Source of the DNA: Armatimonadota bacterium
GTDB lineage: Bacteria > Armatimonadota > SYMT01
Assembly (NCBI GenBank): GCA_041690135.1
Contig: JAWLHY010000009.1
Location: 302,066-366,065, forward strand
Length of the DNA: 64,000 nucleotides
Reading direction: 5' to 3'
Shown here: positions 30,001 to 39,868 of the stretch, one piece after another
How positions within the stretch are numbered: the first letter of the stretch is position 1
Layout of the letters: each line of letters starts with the position of its first letter
Position numbers and translations under genes: made by a program
The notes under the pieces: model-generated
Databases searched by the model: none
Told to the model about the DNA's origin: nothing
The model's input: only the letters and a program-made list of their open reading frames with translations

Positions 30001-30584
30001 CGATCGTGGGACTGTTGAACCGGGACCTCGGCGGGCCGCCTGTGAAGCCGTACCAGCCCGAGGGATACTACGCGAACCTCCAGTTCCCCAACCGTCCCTA
30101 CGTGGCGGAGACGGACGACCGGCAGTGGCGCCGGGGGATCTACGTCCACTGGCAGCGGACGTTCCTCCACCCGATGCTGGCCAACTTCGATGCCCCCTCG
30201 CGGGAAGATTGCATCGCCGCCCGGACGACCGCCAACACCCCGCAGCAGGCGCTGACATTGCTCAACGACCCGAGCTATGTGGAAGCGGCGCGGGTGTTCG
30301 GCGCGTCCCTCGTGACCTCGTCCGCGAAGAGCGATGCCGAGCGTCTCGACCAGGCCTACCTGCGCGCACTCGCCCGCCCGGCGAAGCCGAAGGAGAAGCA
30401 GTCGATGCTGGCCTTCCTGGAGAAGGTCCGCGCCTCCTATCGCGAGCGCCCCGAGGATGCAAAGAAGCTGCAGTCCGTCGGCAACGCCCCGGTCCCCGAG
30501 AACCTGGATCCGGTAGAGCTGGCGGCCTGGACCACCGTCGGCCGGGTCCTTCTCAACCTCCAGGAAACGATCACCCGCTACTGA
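27081..30584 (+). CDS. PSD1/planctomycete cytochrome c protein (DUF1549 + DUF1553) with in-frame insert
   Basis: CFACH, CAECHDH, NPLTARVFVNR and NTPQQAL motifs. Confidence 0.92.
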   Translation: MSNFNKSHRHSRSWTAAITLATLAAGSTLSGLAAPQNGTKAAAVSPKRQPAQTISKARPTRAATGPKGSNTQHAARNKQPNAQRPTPNAQPVQYNRDIRPILSDNCFACHGPDKNTRMANLRLDLREEAVRHGALVPGKPDASSLIARINSADADLLMPPVASHKKLTPAQKQLLRRWIAEGAKYEAHWAYTPIRRPEIPKLTDPRYASRNPVDAFVREKLAARKILPSPEADRRTLLRRVYLDLTGLPPTPEEVRTFLEDRSPDAYEKVVDRLLASPHFGERMAAPWLDVVRYADTVGFHGDQNQNAWAYRDYVVDSFNRDKPFDQFTIEQIAGDLLPNPTPEQLSATCFNRLTMMTREGGAQPKEYLLKYQADRVRTVGMAWLGATLGCAECHDHKFDPISQKDFYSLSAFFADMRQWGVYADYSYTPNPDLRGYNNDYPFPPEIKVPSLYLKERIRKQRARIEAIALGTEADLRAEAARKAYAEWRAGAVEFLTRNPEGWAVPAPEAMATLVRAPKLKPGEKPPTPTVDVAADGSIRLADPRPAHLEVRLRPEIRGVAAVRLELLPDAANGGSIFRPEVESATLMLSATVTRGAGKPQSVSFRHAGANIAEPRYRSGFEIVGVHGGWKLGAKQASERHVSVWLPAVPLSLASGDVLTFSLRDLKAARIRFAVSPFVPDDPDSPAFPPNLKEALENPVSPAGKTLALRSYLLSTAWNKAAFEGAAAAEADLFACRDGITPVMVTEATEPMTIRLLPRGNWQDESGPVVQPAVPAFLPGYRADPGRRLNRLDLAKWLVSPENPLTARVFVNRLWKQFFGNGLSGVVEDLGAQGEWPTHPELLDYLASRFSAPASVSSARGSKGEGGKGEPSNSNRYGLAGRKGAGGKGEREIQTLRTVATSGALGSDYAIRNTQYGFAWRIKPLVKLIVTSATYRQSSNLRAELLELDPNNRLLASQNPRRLEAEFVRDNALAIVGLLNRDLGGPPVKPYQPEGYYANLQFPNRPYVAETDDRQWRRGIYVHWQRTFLHPMLANFDAPSREDCIAARTTANTPQQALTLLNDPSYVEAARVFGASLVTSSAKSDAERLDQAYLRALARPAKPKEKQSMLAFLEKVRASYRERPEDAKKLQSVGNAPVPENLDPVELAAWTTVGRVLLNLQETITRY
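27276..27352 (+). repeat. In-frame heptamer arrays (CACGCAR, CCCAACG) in the N-terminal linker
   Basis: gggttcgaat acacaac acgcagc acgcaat aagcaac ccaacgc ccaacgc ccaacgc ctaacgc. Confidence 0.7.
29622..29834 (+). mobile_element. In-frame repeat-rich insert 2 in the DUF1553 loop
   Basis: 71 codons between LDYLA and AW; 115/131 nt identical to insert 3. Confidence 0.75.
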
Positions 30585-30589
30585 TCCCA

Positions 30590-32038
30590 ATGAGCCAATC
30601 AATGAACAGAGAGAAGTTTGCACAGGAGATCACCCGCCGGGCTTTCCTCCAACAGTCCGCCTACGGGCTGGGCGGGCTCGCATTTGGGTCCCTGCTGGGG
30701 CGTGGGGCCGAGGCGGCTCCCGCGTCCGGACCGACGACAGGCGGCGGCGTGATCAGCCAGCCGCACTACCCGATCCGCGCGCGGCGGATCATCCACCTCT
30801 GTATGGCCGGCGGGCCCTCCCAGTTCGAAAGCCTGGACCCGAAGCCGGAGCTGAAAAAACTTCATGGCCAGCCCTTCCCGGAGTCGCTCACGAAAGGACA
30901 GCAACTGGCGCAGCTACAAGGCGCGAAGTTGATGGCCCGCGGTTCGTTCGTCGATTTCAAGCGGTGGGGGAAGTCCGGCCAGGAGATCTCGGAGCTGTTC
31001 CCGCACATTGGCGGTATTGCGGACGACCTCTGTATCATCCGCTCGATGGTCACGGAGCAGATCAACCACGACCCGGCCCAGGCGTTCATGAACTCCGGCT
31101 CGATCTTGAAGGGTCGCCCCAGCATGGGCTCGTGGCTGCTCTATGGGCTGGGTACCGCGACCCAGGACCTGCCCGGCTTCATCGTGCTGGTTTCCCAGGG
31201 GCGGGCGGGCGGTGTGCAGCCGGTATCCGCCCGGCAGTGGTCGAGTGGCTTCCTGCCCGGTAAGTTCCAGGGGGTGCAGTTCCAGACGCGCGGCGATGCG
31301 GTCCACTACGTGGGCAACCCGGACGGGGTCTGCCAGAGCCTCCAGCGCCTGGTGGTGGAGGAGATCCAGCGCCAGAACGGACTGCTCGCCGCGGAGCGCC
31401 TCGACCCGGAGATCCAGACCCGCATCGCGCAGTACGAGCTGGCGTTCCGGATGCAGGCCAGCATCCCCGAGTTGACGGATATGTCGAAGGAGCCGAAGCA
31501 CGTCCTGGAAGATTATGGCGTGAAGGAGCCGGGAGACGGATCGTTCGCCTCGAACTGCCTCCTGGCGCGGCGGCTGGCGGAGCGCGGCGTGCGGTTCATC
31601 CAGCTCTACCACCGGGCGTGGGACCACCACAGCGGGATCGAGCAGAACATGCCCAGCGCGGCGAAGGAGACCGACCAGGCCAGCGCGGCCCTGGTGCGCG
31701 ACCTGAAGCAGCGGGGGATGCTGGACGACACCCTCATCCTGTGGGGCGGCGAGTTCGGCCGCACCCCGATGGGGCAGGGGAGTGGGCGCGATCACCATAT
31801 CTACTCGTTCAGCCTCTGGATGGCCGGCGGCGGGGTCAAAGGCGGCATCACTTACGGCGGCACCGACGAGCTGGGGTACCGTTCCGTGGAGAACGTCGTT
31901 ACCTTCCACGACCTCCACGCCACTATGCTCCACCTCTCCGGCATTAATCACGAGCAGTTCAGCGTGAAGTTCCAGGGCCTCGACGCGCGCCTCACCGGGG
32001 TAGAGCCGGCCCGGGTCGTCAAAGAGATTCTGCAATAA
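30590..32038 (+). CDS. DUF1501 protein, Tat signal
   Basis: TRRAFL; MAGGPSQ; WGGEFGRTP; GRDHH. Confidence 0.92.
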   Translation: MSQSMNREKFAQEITRRAFLQQSAYGLGGLAFGSLLGRGAEAAPASGPTTGGGVISQPHYPIRARRIIHLCMAGGPSQFESLDPKPELKKLHGQPFPESLTKGQQLAQLQGAKLMARGSFVDFKRWGKSGQEISELFPHIGGIADDLCIIRSMVTEQINHDPAQAFMNSGSILKGRPSMGSWLLYGLGTATQDLPGFIVLVSQGRAGGVQPVSARQWSSGFLPGKFQGVQFQTRGDAVHYVGNPDGVCQSLQRLVVEEIQRQNGLLAAERLDPEIQTRIAQYELAFRMQASIPELTDMSKEPKHVLEDYGVKEPGDGSFASNCLLARRLAERGVRFIQLYHRAWDHHSGIEQNMPSAAKETDQASAALVRDLKQRGMLDDTLILWGGEFGRTPMGQGSGRDHHIYSFSLWMAGGGVKGGITYGGTDELGYRSVENVVTFHDLHATMLHLSGINHEQFSVKFQGLDARLTGVEPARVVKEILQ

Positions 32039-32042
32039 CAGC

Positions 32043-32070
32043 AACGGGGGCTTCAACAGCCCCCGTTTTT
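32043..32070 (+). terminator. Intrinsic terminator
   Basis: aacgggggct-tcaac-agcccccgtt followed by a T-run, directly after the stop codon. Confidence 0.75.
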
Positions 32071-32132
32071 GACTGGCCCCCGCATGTTCCGGAAACAGGC
32101 AGCGGGTTGCCGATGCGGCACTGGCTAACCCA

Positions 32133-33305
32133 TCACTTTTTGGACGCAGGACGCGAGCTCTTCGCTTTGAACGTGATCGTGCGCTCTCGCACGACCGCCG
32201 TCAACTCGTAGCAGCGCGCAATTGCGGAGACCGCCTCCGCAACCGGGAGGTCCACCAGGTCCGCCTCCAGCCTGCGCTGGGAAACGGAAGACCGGGGGGA
32301 CCACTCCGCCAGCACCAGCCGCTTGCTCTGGTCGGTCAACTGGCGCAGCACGTTCTCCAGCGGACTTTCCTGTTTGCGGAGGGATATTCGAGCCCGCAGC
32401 GTCACCCGAACTGCCGGTTCGGCCCATGGCGGTGCGGGCTCATTCGGGGGTTCGGGTGCGCCTCGGGTCAGGCCGGCCTCATTGTCGCTACCATAGATCA
32501 GCTTCTTTACGGGACCCGGGAAGAGTTGATTGGGCGGTGGTGGCGGGCCAGACCCGATTTTGAGCTTTACATCGAGCAGGCCATTTCGTCCGCGGTCAGC
32601 ACTCAGGGCGACAAATCCGTTGCCGCGGTCGACCTCTTCGTAGGAGAAGCTTACCCGCCGTTCTCCGGTGCGGAGATCAGTACTGATGACCCGGGTGCTT
32701 CCATGCGCGGCTTGGAGGGTTGCCCGGTCGAAGAGGGAGAGCGGCACAATCACGCGTTCGCCGGCCAGTGCTCGGCGCAGCACCCGGTCCAGGAGGGGCG
32801 GCGGAAGGGACTTCAACATGGCCAGGCGGGCCGGCTCCGCGTCGTTGTGGATTCCCCGCGCCTGCTCCTCCAGATTGGCCCGGAAGGGCGGCTGCTTCGC
32901 CAGCACCTCCAGGACCAGCTTGCGGGCGTGCTCCGCCTCGGCCCGCGGATGCCGGGGCCGACGGGTCAGGGTGAATACCGGAGTGTCCGCATATCCGTAC
33001 CGGGGCCAGTAGTAGGTGTAGTTCCGATCGCCCAGGAACTCCGCCAGCTCGTCCAGTACCACCGCCGCCTTTTCTCCCGTAGTCCCTGCAAAGACCTCAC
33101 GCTTGGGCACGAACTGAGAGAGGATGAGCCGGCGCCCCGTCATGTCTCCGATCTCATTGGCGAGGTCTTCCAGGTCCCTCTGCTGTCCTGCCACACTGAT
33201 GGTTCGCTGCAGCAAAGGATCCTGGAGGACTGGCGAGGGAGTGGAAGGGACTGCTACGCCCGAAGTCGCCGCAAGTGCGGCCAGTCTCAACAGGCTCACA
33301 AACAT
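32133..33305 (-). CDS. Hypothetical secreted protein, possibly with STN/secretin-N-like segments
   Basis: Signal-like N-terminus; ISV...DLEDLANEI..MTG and ISL...PLENVLRQL..QS patterns. Confidence 0.55.
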   Translation of the reverse strand: MFVSLLRLAALAATSGVAVPSTPSPVLQDPLLQRTISVAGQQRDLEDLANEIGDMTGRRLILSQFVPKREVFAGTTGEKAAVVLDELAEFLGDRNYTYYWPRYGYADTPVFTLTRRPRHPRAEAEHARKLVLEVLAKQPPFRANLEEQARGIHNDAEPARLAMLKSLPPPLLDRVLRRALAGERVIVPLSLFDRATLQAAHGSTRVISTDLRTGERRVSFSYEEVDRGNGFVALSADRGRNGLLDVKLKIGSGPPPPPNQLFPGPVKKLIYGSDNEAGLTRGAPEPPNEPAPPWAEPAVRVTLRARISLRKQESPLENVLRQLTDQSKRLVLAEWSPRSSVSQRRLEADLVDLPVAEAVSAIARCYELTAVVRERTITFKAKSSRPASKK

Positions 33306-33497
33306 GGCGTCGCTTTCTCCAGGCCATTCAGCAGGTTGGTGTTCGTTGTCGCCACTTGCAAAGAGTCGCCTTTCCTGAGAATTATTGAGCCGCAAGCAAG
33401 TGCTATTGTTGCGGCTGATTCGGGGTGGCCTCCCAACGTAACTGAGAGTAGCCGAACTCCGTCTGTCGGAGGTCGGGATCTCGGTAGATAGGTTCGG

Positions 33498-36400
33498 ATG
33501 CCGCAAATCACCTTCAACAGCGCCTGGTCATTGCTGCTGCTCCTGCCGCTCCTCGCGGTCACGTTCCGGATGGTTCGCCAGAGCCGGGCCGCCCAGGAGC
33601 GAGGCCGCGAGCGCCTCTGCCTCGGGGTTCGGACGCTGCTGCTCGGGCTGCTGGTCGTGGCGCTGGCGGAGCCGGTGATCGACTTTCCCTCCCGGGCGCT
33701 GGAGGTGCTGTTCCTTCTGGACCACTCTCGCAGCATCTCGCCGGAGCAGCAGAAGCAGCAGGTCGCCCTGGTGAACGAGGTCGGGCGCCGGGTACCAAAG
33801 AATGCCACCGCCGGGGTGGCGGTATTCGGCCGGGATGCCCACCTGGAGACCGATCTCCGGAGATCGCTCCACATGGGCGCCGTCCACAGCGTGGTCGGCA
33901 GCGACGCCACGGATCCCGGCGCCGCCCTGCGCCTGGGGGCTTCCGTCCTTTCGGAGCATGCCTCCCGCCGGATCGTGCTGGTGTCGGACGGTAACGAGAC
34001 CAGCGGAGAAGCCTTCGCCGAGGCGCGGGCCCTGGCCGCCGATGGGTTGCAGGTAGACGTGGTCCCGATCGTCCACGACTACCGCCGGGAAGCCCTGCTG
34101 GAGAAGGTGGTGGCCCCGGAGCGCGCCAAGCGCGGGGAACCGCTGGAGGTGCGCGTGGTGGCCCGGAGCACGGCGGCCGGCACGGGAACCCTCCGCCTTC
34201 TGCGGGACGACCAGGTGGTGGCGGTGCGCCCGTGGTCGCTGCGTCCCGGTACAAACGTACTGACCCTGCCGCAGAGCGTGACCACCCCCGGCTTCCACCG
34301 CTGGGAGGCGATCCTGGAGCCCCGGACGGATACGCTGCCCGAGAATAACCGTGCCTTGGGTTTCACCTACGTCCAGGGGAAGCCCCGCGTGCTGCTGGTA
34401 GAGGGGACGCCGGGGGACGGAACCCTCCTGGAAGGCGTCCTCCGGGACCGTTCCCTGGAGGTGGTCCGGCGCGCTACTGCCGGGGTACCGGCATCCCTGG
34501 CGGAGCTTCAGGCATACGATGCCGTGGTGCTGGCCAATGTCCGGGCCGACCAGGTGACGGTCCGGCAGATGGAACACCTGCGGAACGGAACGCGGGATCT
34601 CGGCATCGGCCTGGCCATGGTGGGTGGTGAGAATGCCTTTACGGCGGGTGGCTGGCGCGGGTCCCCGGTCGAGGAAGCCCTGCCGGTCGACATGGAAGTC
34701 GAGCGCCGGGCGGACGAGCCGCTGGTGGCGCTGGTGCTGGTGATCGACCACTCCGGCAGCATGGGTGGCTTCTTCGACGACGACGCCGGCAAGCTGAACT
34801 ACGCCAAGCGCGGCGCGCAGGCGGCGCTGACCGTGGTTCGGCCCGTGGATGAACTGGGCGTCATCGCCTTCGACGATTTCGTGAACTGGACCGTCCCCCT
34901 CCGCCCCCTCGGGAAACCCGAGGAAGCCCACCGCCGGATCGAGGGCATCCAGCCGGGGACCAGCACGCGGATGTACCCCGCCCTCTTGGCGGCCCGCGAT
35001 GCGCTGGCCCGGAGCAAGGCCGCGCTCAAGCATGTGGTGGTCCTCACTGACGGCCATTCCCTGCCGGGCGACTTTGCCGGCATCGCGGCACGCCTGGCGC
35101 GCGAGCGGGTGACCGTTTCCACCGTGGGGGTCGGGCGCGACGCGGACGGCAAGCTCCTCTCCGCGCTGGCGGGGGCCACGGGTGGCCGCTATTACGCCTC
35201 CGTTCCGGCCGAATCGCTCCCGTTCATCTTCGACCGGGAAGCGCAATTGGCCGCCCGCGCGGCCCTCGTGGAGGAGACGTTCCGCCCACGGCAGGCCGGT
35301 GCGAGCGACCTTCTTAAGCCTCTTCCGCAGGCCCCACCACTGCGGGGATACGTGGCCACGACGGCCAAGAAAGGCCCGGCGATCGAGGTTCCCCTGGTTT
35401 CGCACCGCGGCGAGCCGGTGGTCGCGCTCCGGCGCTACGGGCTGGGCCGGACCCTGGCCGTCACGACGGATGCCCGCGCGCGCTGGGCGGCGCCCTGGGT
35501 GGCCGGTGGCGACTACTTCTCCCGGTTCTGGCTGCGCTCTCTGCGCTCCATTGTCCGGGCCGCGCCGGCTTCCGACCTGGACGTGGCCGTGGACCTCGAA
35601 GGCAACACGGCCCGCGTGGCGGTGGATGCCGTCGGCGCAACCGGGGAGTTCCGCAATGGGCTGGATCTCCGTGCCCGGGTGGCCGGTCCGGACGGCAGCC
35701 GCTCGCTCCGGCTCTTCCAGACCGGCCCGGGACATTACGAGGGCCGTTTCCCGGCCTCGGACCGCGGCCAGTACCTGGTGGCGGTCACCGGAGGCGGAGA
35801 GTCCCGGAAGCCGGCCGTGGGGGTCAGCGTCGGCGGTGTGGCTCGTGCCTACTCCCCCGAGTGGCTCCGTCCGGAATCAAACCCGTCGCTGCTGCTCTCC
35901 GTGGCGGAGGAGACCGGGGGACAGGCCTGGCCCGCGCTGGGGGAGAGCATCCACGGCGAGATGCTGACCCGCTTCTTCCGGCCGGGGCCTCCGGCGCGCA
36001 CCGCGCCCTATGCCCTCTGGCCGCACCTGCTGCTGGCGGGTGCGCTGCTGCTGCCGGTCGACATTGCCCTGCGACGCCTGAACTTCCGCCGTGGGGAGTT
36101 CGCCGAAGCCGCCGCTCCCTTGACCGCCGCCGTGATCCGCCGCCTGCCGGGCCGTCGCCGGGAGTGGGGCGAGCGTGACGAGGGCACGTCGCGCCTGCTC
36201 CAGGCCAAGGCCCGCACCTTCCGGCAGCCCCCGGCCGAAGACGAGGCCGTGCCCCATCCAACCATCCCCGCGGCCCAGCCCCGTCCGGAGCGGGTGCCGG
36301 CCGTCGAGAGCCCCGATGTGTCCCATCCGCGGCCATCTCTCGCGGAAGAGCCGGTGCCGACCGGGGATCCCGTGCCGCCGTCCGAGGTTCGGACTTCCCC

Positions 36401-36527
36401 GGAAGGCGCCTCGGAAGAGGGCGAACCCGCTACCGGCGGCTTCTCCGGCCGCCTGCTGGCCGCGAAGCGCCGGGCCGGCGCGGGCCGCCAAAGGGAAGAT
36501 TCACTCCCAATAGATGGGAGCAAATAG
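33498..36527 (+). CDS. VWA-domain membrane protein with glutamine-amidotransferase-like domain
   Basis: DHSRSI and DHSGSM MIDAS motifs, VSDGNE, LTDG; N- and C-terminal TM segments. Confidence 0.85.
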   Translation: MPQITFNSAWSLLLLLPLLAVTFRMVRQSRAAQERGRERLCLGVRTLLLGLLVVALAEPVIDFPSRALEVLFLLDHSRSISPEQQKQQVALVNEVGRRVPKNATAGVAVFGRDAHLETDLRRSLHMGAVHSVVGSDATDPGAALRLGASVLSEHASRRIVLVSDGNETSGEAFAEARALAADGLQVDVVPIVHDYRREALLEKVVAPERAKRGEPLEVRVVARSTAAGTGTLRLLRDDQVVAVRPWSLRPGTNVLTLPQSVTTPGFHRWEAILEPRTDTLPENNRALGFTYVQGKPRVLLVEGTPGDGTLLEGVLRDRSLEVVRRATAGVPASLAELQAYDAVVLANVRADQVTVRQMEHLRNGTRDLGIGLAMVGGENAFTAGGWRGSPVEEALPVDMEVERRADEPLVALVLVIDHSGSMGGFFDDDAGKLNYAKRGAQAALTVVRPVDELGVIAFDDFVNWTVPLRPLGKPEEAHRRIEGIQPGTSTRMYPALLAARDALARSKAALKHVVVLTDGHSLPGDFAGIAARLARERVTVSTVGVGRDADGKLLSALAGATGGRYYASVPAESLPFIFDREAQLAARAALVEETFRPRQAGASDLLKPLPQAPPLRGYVATTAKKGPAIEVPLVSHRGEPVVALRRYGLGRTLAVTTDARARWAAPWVAGGDYFSRFWLRSLRSIVRAAPASDLDVAVDLEGNTARVAVDAVGATGEFRNGLDLRARVAGPDGSRSLRLFQTGPGHYEGRFPASDRGQYLVAVTGGGESRKPAVGVSVGGVARAYSPEWLRPESNPSLLLSVAEETGGQAWPALGESIHGEMLTRFFRPGPPARTAPYALWPHLLLAGALLLPVDIALRRLNFRRGEFAEAAAPLTAAVIRRLPGRRREWGERDEGTSRLLQAKARTFRQPPAEDEAVPHPTIPAAQPRPERVPAVESPDVSHPRPSLAEEPVPTGDPVPPSEVRTSPEGASEEGEPATGGFSGRLLAAKRRAGAGRQREDSLPIDGSK

Positions 36528-36563
36528 CCAGGGGTCCCGGATCCTCGTGGTGTGGTTTTGGGG

Positions 36564-37295
36564 TCAGTCCGAGGGTATCCGTATCCTTGCCCGTAAGGCG
36601 GCCACGGCCACGAGCCCAACCGCGAATAGCAGCAGCGACGAGGGCTCCGGGACAGTTGAAGGACCCCACGGAGGGTCACTGTCCTTGATACCCGTGTCCC
36701 CCGCAGTGATGGCGGCATCCGGCGTGTTATTGTATGCCCAGTCTTTGATCGTCAGGTGCGTCGAGGCGTTCGTCATCTCGAGAGAAACGCGCACCCATCC
36801 GTAGTAGGTGTACGTCTCGAACGGGGACGGCTTGCGGACCATTCTCACGCCCACGTAGCGGTCCACGTTCTCCGGCCAGGGACCGGTATCGCCGCTGCCG
36901 AAAGACGAGCGCAGGAAGCCGCCTCCCAGCGCGTAGGCCTGCCCACCGGCGAGTGATGGCCCAATCGTCGCGGTGCTGTCCAACGGCGTGGCCACCGAGC
37001 CGCTGGCTACGATCCGGCTTGGGGAAGTTGCGGAGGCAGTCAGGGTGCGCACCCCCCCTCCCAGGTGAGTGTTGAAGAACACATCGACAACACCGGACTT
37101 GTCCAGGCTTACCGTCACCGACTGCGAACCGGCCTCGGTGCCCTGCTGAAGGATGATATCGGCGGGATCGGTGTAGACAATGGTTTGCGCGGAAGCGGGG
37201 GTGCCGATGAGCAGCGGGAGGCCCAGAGCGGCCAGGGATCGCCAGGTTAGCCCAAAGGCAGCACGGAGTGAAGACGGTAGGGGCCAGTAACGCAT
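36564..37295 (-). CDS. PEP-CTERM sorting-domain protein
   Basis: C-terminal VPEPSSLLLFAVGLVAVAALRARIR; YYGWVRV...IKDWAYN domain; signal peptide. Confidence 0.85.
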   Translation of the reverse strand: MRYWPLPSSLRAAFGLTWRSLAALGLPLLIGTPASAQTIVYTDPADIILQQGTEAGSQSVTVSLDKSGVVDVFFNTHLGGGVRTLTASATSPSRIVASGSVATPLDSTATIGPSLAGGQAYALGGGFLRSSFGSGDTGPWPENVDRYVGVRMVRKPSPFETYTYYGWVRVSLEMTNASTHLTIKDWAYNNTPDAAITAGDTGIKDSDPPWGPSTVPEPSSLLLFAVGLVAVAALRARIRIPSD

Positions 37296-37361
37296 GAGAC
37301 AGTCTCCCAGCAGCAAGACGTCGCTTGTTGATGCACTGCCGGAAGCTTAACTGCCCAATCA

Positions 37362-38852
37362 TTAGGAATTCGTGAGGATGCCTGGCTGAACCTCTGGCAG
37401 CACAAGCACGGCTTCCGTGCCGACACCCACCTTGCTCGTCAGCTCAAAACGGCCGCCGTGCGCCTCCACCAGGCTGCGGACGATTGCCAGTCCGAGACCG
37501 CTTCCCCCGCGTGAAGACCGCGCCACATCGGTCATCGGGCTCCGTGCGGTCTGTACCTGATAGAACCTTTCGCAGACCCGGGAGAGGCACTCTTCCGGGA
37601 TGCCTTCTCCCGTGTCGCGCACGCACAGTGCGGCCGCGCCGGGCGCGGGATACACAGAGATCGCAATCGATCCGCTGGGTGGCGTGTGTCTCACGGCATT
37701 CTGGAGCAGGTTGTCCAGAACGCGGTGGAGATAGATGGGGTCAGCTTGTATGGGCATGGGGGTTTCCGGAAGCTCAACCCGAACATCGGGGCCGGCATCT
37801 TCCCACAGGGCCGCCGCGTCGCGGACCAGGGCGCAGAGGTCCATCCGGCGCAGCCGGAGCGGAAGCTGTCCGCTATCCGAACGGGTGAGGATCAGCAGGT
37901 CCTCCGCCAGCGAGCCCAGGCGGTCCGCTGCGGCGTCGGCGACCCGCAGCGCCTCCTGGAGTTCCTCCAGCGTGGTGCCCTGGCTCAACGCCTCGCTCAG
38001 CGTGAGTTTCATGCGGGCCAGAGGCGTGCGCAACTCGTGCGAGGCGTCGGCCGTGAACTGCCGCTGCTGTTCGAACGCCGCGTGGAGGCGGGCGATCATC
38101 TCGTTAAAGGTCCGGGCAAGCTCTCCCAGTTCGTCCTTTCCCTGCACTTCCAGCCGACGGCACAGGTCATTCGCTCCGATCTCGGCGGCGGCCAGGGTCA
38201 CCCGGCGCACCGGGCGCAGGGCCTGGTTGGCGAGGAACAGGCTCAGCAGCCAGATAGTGAGCAATCCGGCCGGCGCCAGGATCAGCATCCGCTGGGTGTG
38301 GGATCGGTAGACATAGTCGAAGTCGGAGAGCGCCCGGCTGACCTGCACGGTGCCGATCCTCGTATTGCCGCGGTGAAGCGCAGTGGTGTAGGAGCGGTAC
38401 CGCTTACCGTCACGGAAGAGGGTGGTATGTCCGAACTTCCCCGCCAGCGCCGCGCGGACAGCGGCAGGGTCGATGGCTTCGCCCGCTCCGGAAGGCAGCG
38501 GATCTCCGTCGAGATCGGTCAAGCGGACGATCGGCGGGCTGAGGGTACCGGCGTTTGCGCCCGTGGCGTCGGCCATTGTGGGAGGCGCTCCGGGTGCGAC
38601 CCCCGACCGCTCCGCCAGGGCATTGAGGCGTACCCTCGCCAGCGGAGGCAGGAACCCCGGAAGGGGAGCCCCCATCCTGATTTCGGCCCGCGCACTCGCT
38701 GCACCGTGGGCGAGGGTCTCGAGCATGCGATCGATGGTGGAATTGACCCCGAAGCGCAGCGACGCCAGCGACAGCCAGGCAATGCCTATCACGGCCAGGC
38801 TTAGGATGGCCGCATTGGCCAGGACCAACCGGGTTCGGAAGCTCGGAAACAC
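37362..38852 (-). CDS. HAMP-domain sensor histidine kinase
   Basis: DELGELARTFN; FTADASHELRTPL; NLLQNA; DTGEG; GSGLGL. Confidence 0.93.
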   Translation of the reverse strand: MFPSFRTRLVLANAAILSLAVIGIAWLSLASLRFGVNSTIDRMLETLAHGAASARAEIRMGAPLPGFLPPLARVRLNALAERSGVAPGAPPTMADATGANAGTLSPPIVRLTDLDGDPLPSGAGEAIDPAAVRAALAGKFGHTTLFRDGKRYRSYTTALHRGNTRIGTVQVSRALSDFDYVYRSHTQRMLILAPAGLLTIWLLSLFLANQALRPVRRVTLAAAEIGANDLCRRLEVQGKDELGELARTFNEMIARLHAAFEQQRQFTADASHELRTPLARMKLTLSEALSQGTTLEELQEALRVADAAADRLGSLAEDLLILTRSDSGQLPLRLRRMDLCALVRDAAALWEDAGPDVRVELPETPMPIQADPIYLHRVLDNLLQNAVRHTPPSGSIAISVYPAPGAAALCVRDTGEGIPEECLSRVCERFYQVQTARSPMTDVARSSRGGSGLGLAIVRSLVEAHGGRFELTSKVGVGTEAVLVLPEVQPGILTNS

Positions 38853-38854
38853 CC

Positions 38855-39538
38855 TCAGCTCTCGCTTTCTTCGGGACGGCGGAGCACGTACCCCACGCCG
38901 TGGACGGTGTGGATGAGACGGGCGCCGGGCCCGGAGTCGATCTTTTTCCGCAGCGTAGCGACGTGGTAGCTGACCGTATTGGAGTAGCTGTCTTCGTCGC
39001 CCCAGACCCGCTCCAGGATGTACTCCCGGCTGAGGGTGCGCCCTTCGTTTCCGGCCAGGGCCTCCAGCAGGGAATACTCGTGGGGCGTGAGGGCGACCGC
39101 CTGGCCGGCACGGCGCACGGCGCGGTTGTGGCGGTCGATCTCCAGGTCGGCGATCTGCAGGTGCTGCGAGCGATGCACTTGCTCGCGCCGCAGCAGGGCA
39201 CGGATGCGCGCCAGGAGTTCGCGGAAGTCGAACGGCTTGGGAAGGTAATCGTCCGCACCCAGCTCCAGGCCGTGCACGCGGTCTTCGATGCTGTCTCGCG
39301 CCGTGAGGATGAGGATGGGGAGCCCCGTGCGTTCCTTTCGGATCGTCCGGCAGAGGCTCCAACCATCGCGGCCGGGCAGCATCAGGTCGAGAATGATGAG
39401 CGAGTAGATGTCCTCCAGCGCAAATGCGAGCCCCTGGACGCCGTCCGGGGCGACGTCTACGCGGAAGTGATGCTTTTCCAGCCCGCTCTGGATCCGTTCA
39501 GCAAGGACGGTATCGTCCTCGATAAGGAGAATGCGCAC
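38855..39538 (-). CDS. OmpR-family response regulator
   Basis: ILLIEDD, LDLMLP, GADDYLPKPF, HTVHGVGY; GAGGAG RBS. Confidence 0.93.
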   Translation of the reverse strand: MRILLIEDDTVLAERIQSGLEKHHFRVDVAPDGVQGLAFALEDIYSLIILDLMLPGRDGWSLCRTIRKERTGLPILILTARDSIEDRVHGLELGADDYLPKPFDFRELLARIRALLRREQVHRSQHLQIADLEIDRHNRAVRRAGQAVALTPHEYSLLEALAGNEGRTLSREYILERVWGDEDSYSNTVSYHVATLRKKIDSGPGARLIHTVHGVGYVLRRPEESES

Positions 39539-39868
39539 CGGTAGCTCCTCGCCTTCTAGATGCCGACAACCGGGCATAATGTCCCGGCGTTCCCTTTTCA
39601 GCCCTGATGGTGATAGCGCGGAGTCGTGAGGAAATCGTGAGGATGAAGTCTGCGTTACCACGTTTCGTTGGGGTGTAGACCGGGAGTTTCCTCTCCACCC
39701 CGCCCGGAGCGGTCGTCCACCTTCATCTCTCCGATGGATCATGAGATACCGGCTTGCAGAACCGGCGCGTGTTAGAGAAAATCGTCAACCAACACGGAGG
39801 AATGCCTCCCCGATATCGCGAACATCCGTTTGCAGTCATCCTGTCGAGCCCGTCCCTGGCTGGTGTCT

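Noticed and set aside
37362-39362. 666-aa kinase ORF as annotated (similar over-extensions at 30125, 15004, 51297, 194)
   Set aside because: The N-terminal extensions overlap other genes or are noise; downstream starts fit domain boundaries and RBSs better.
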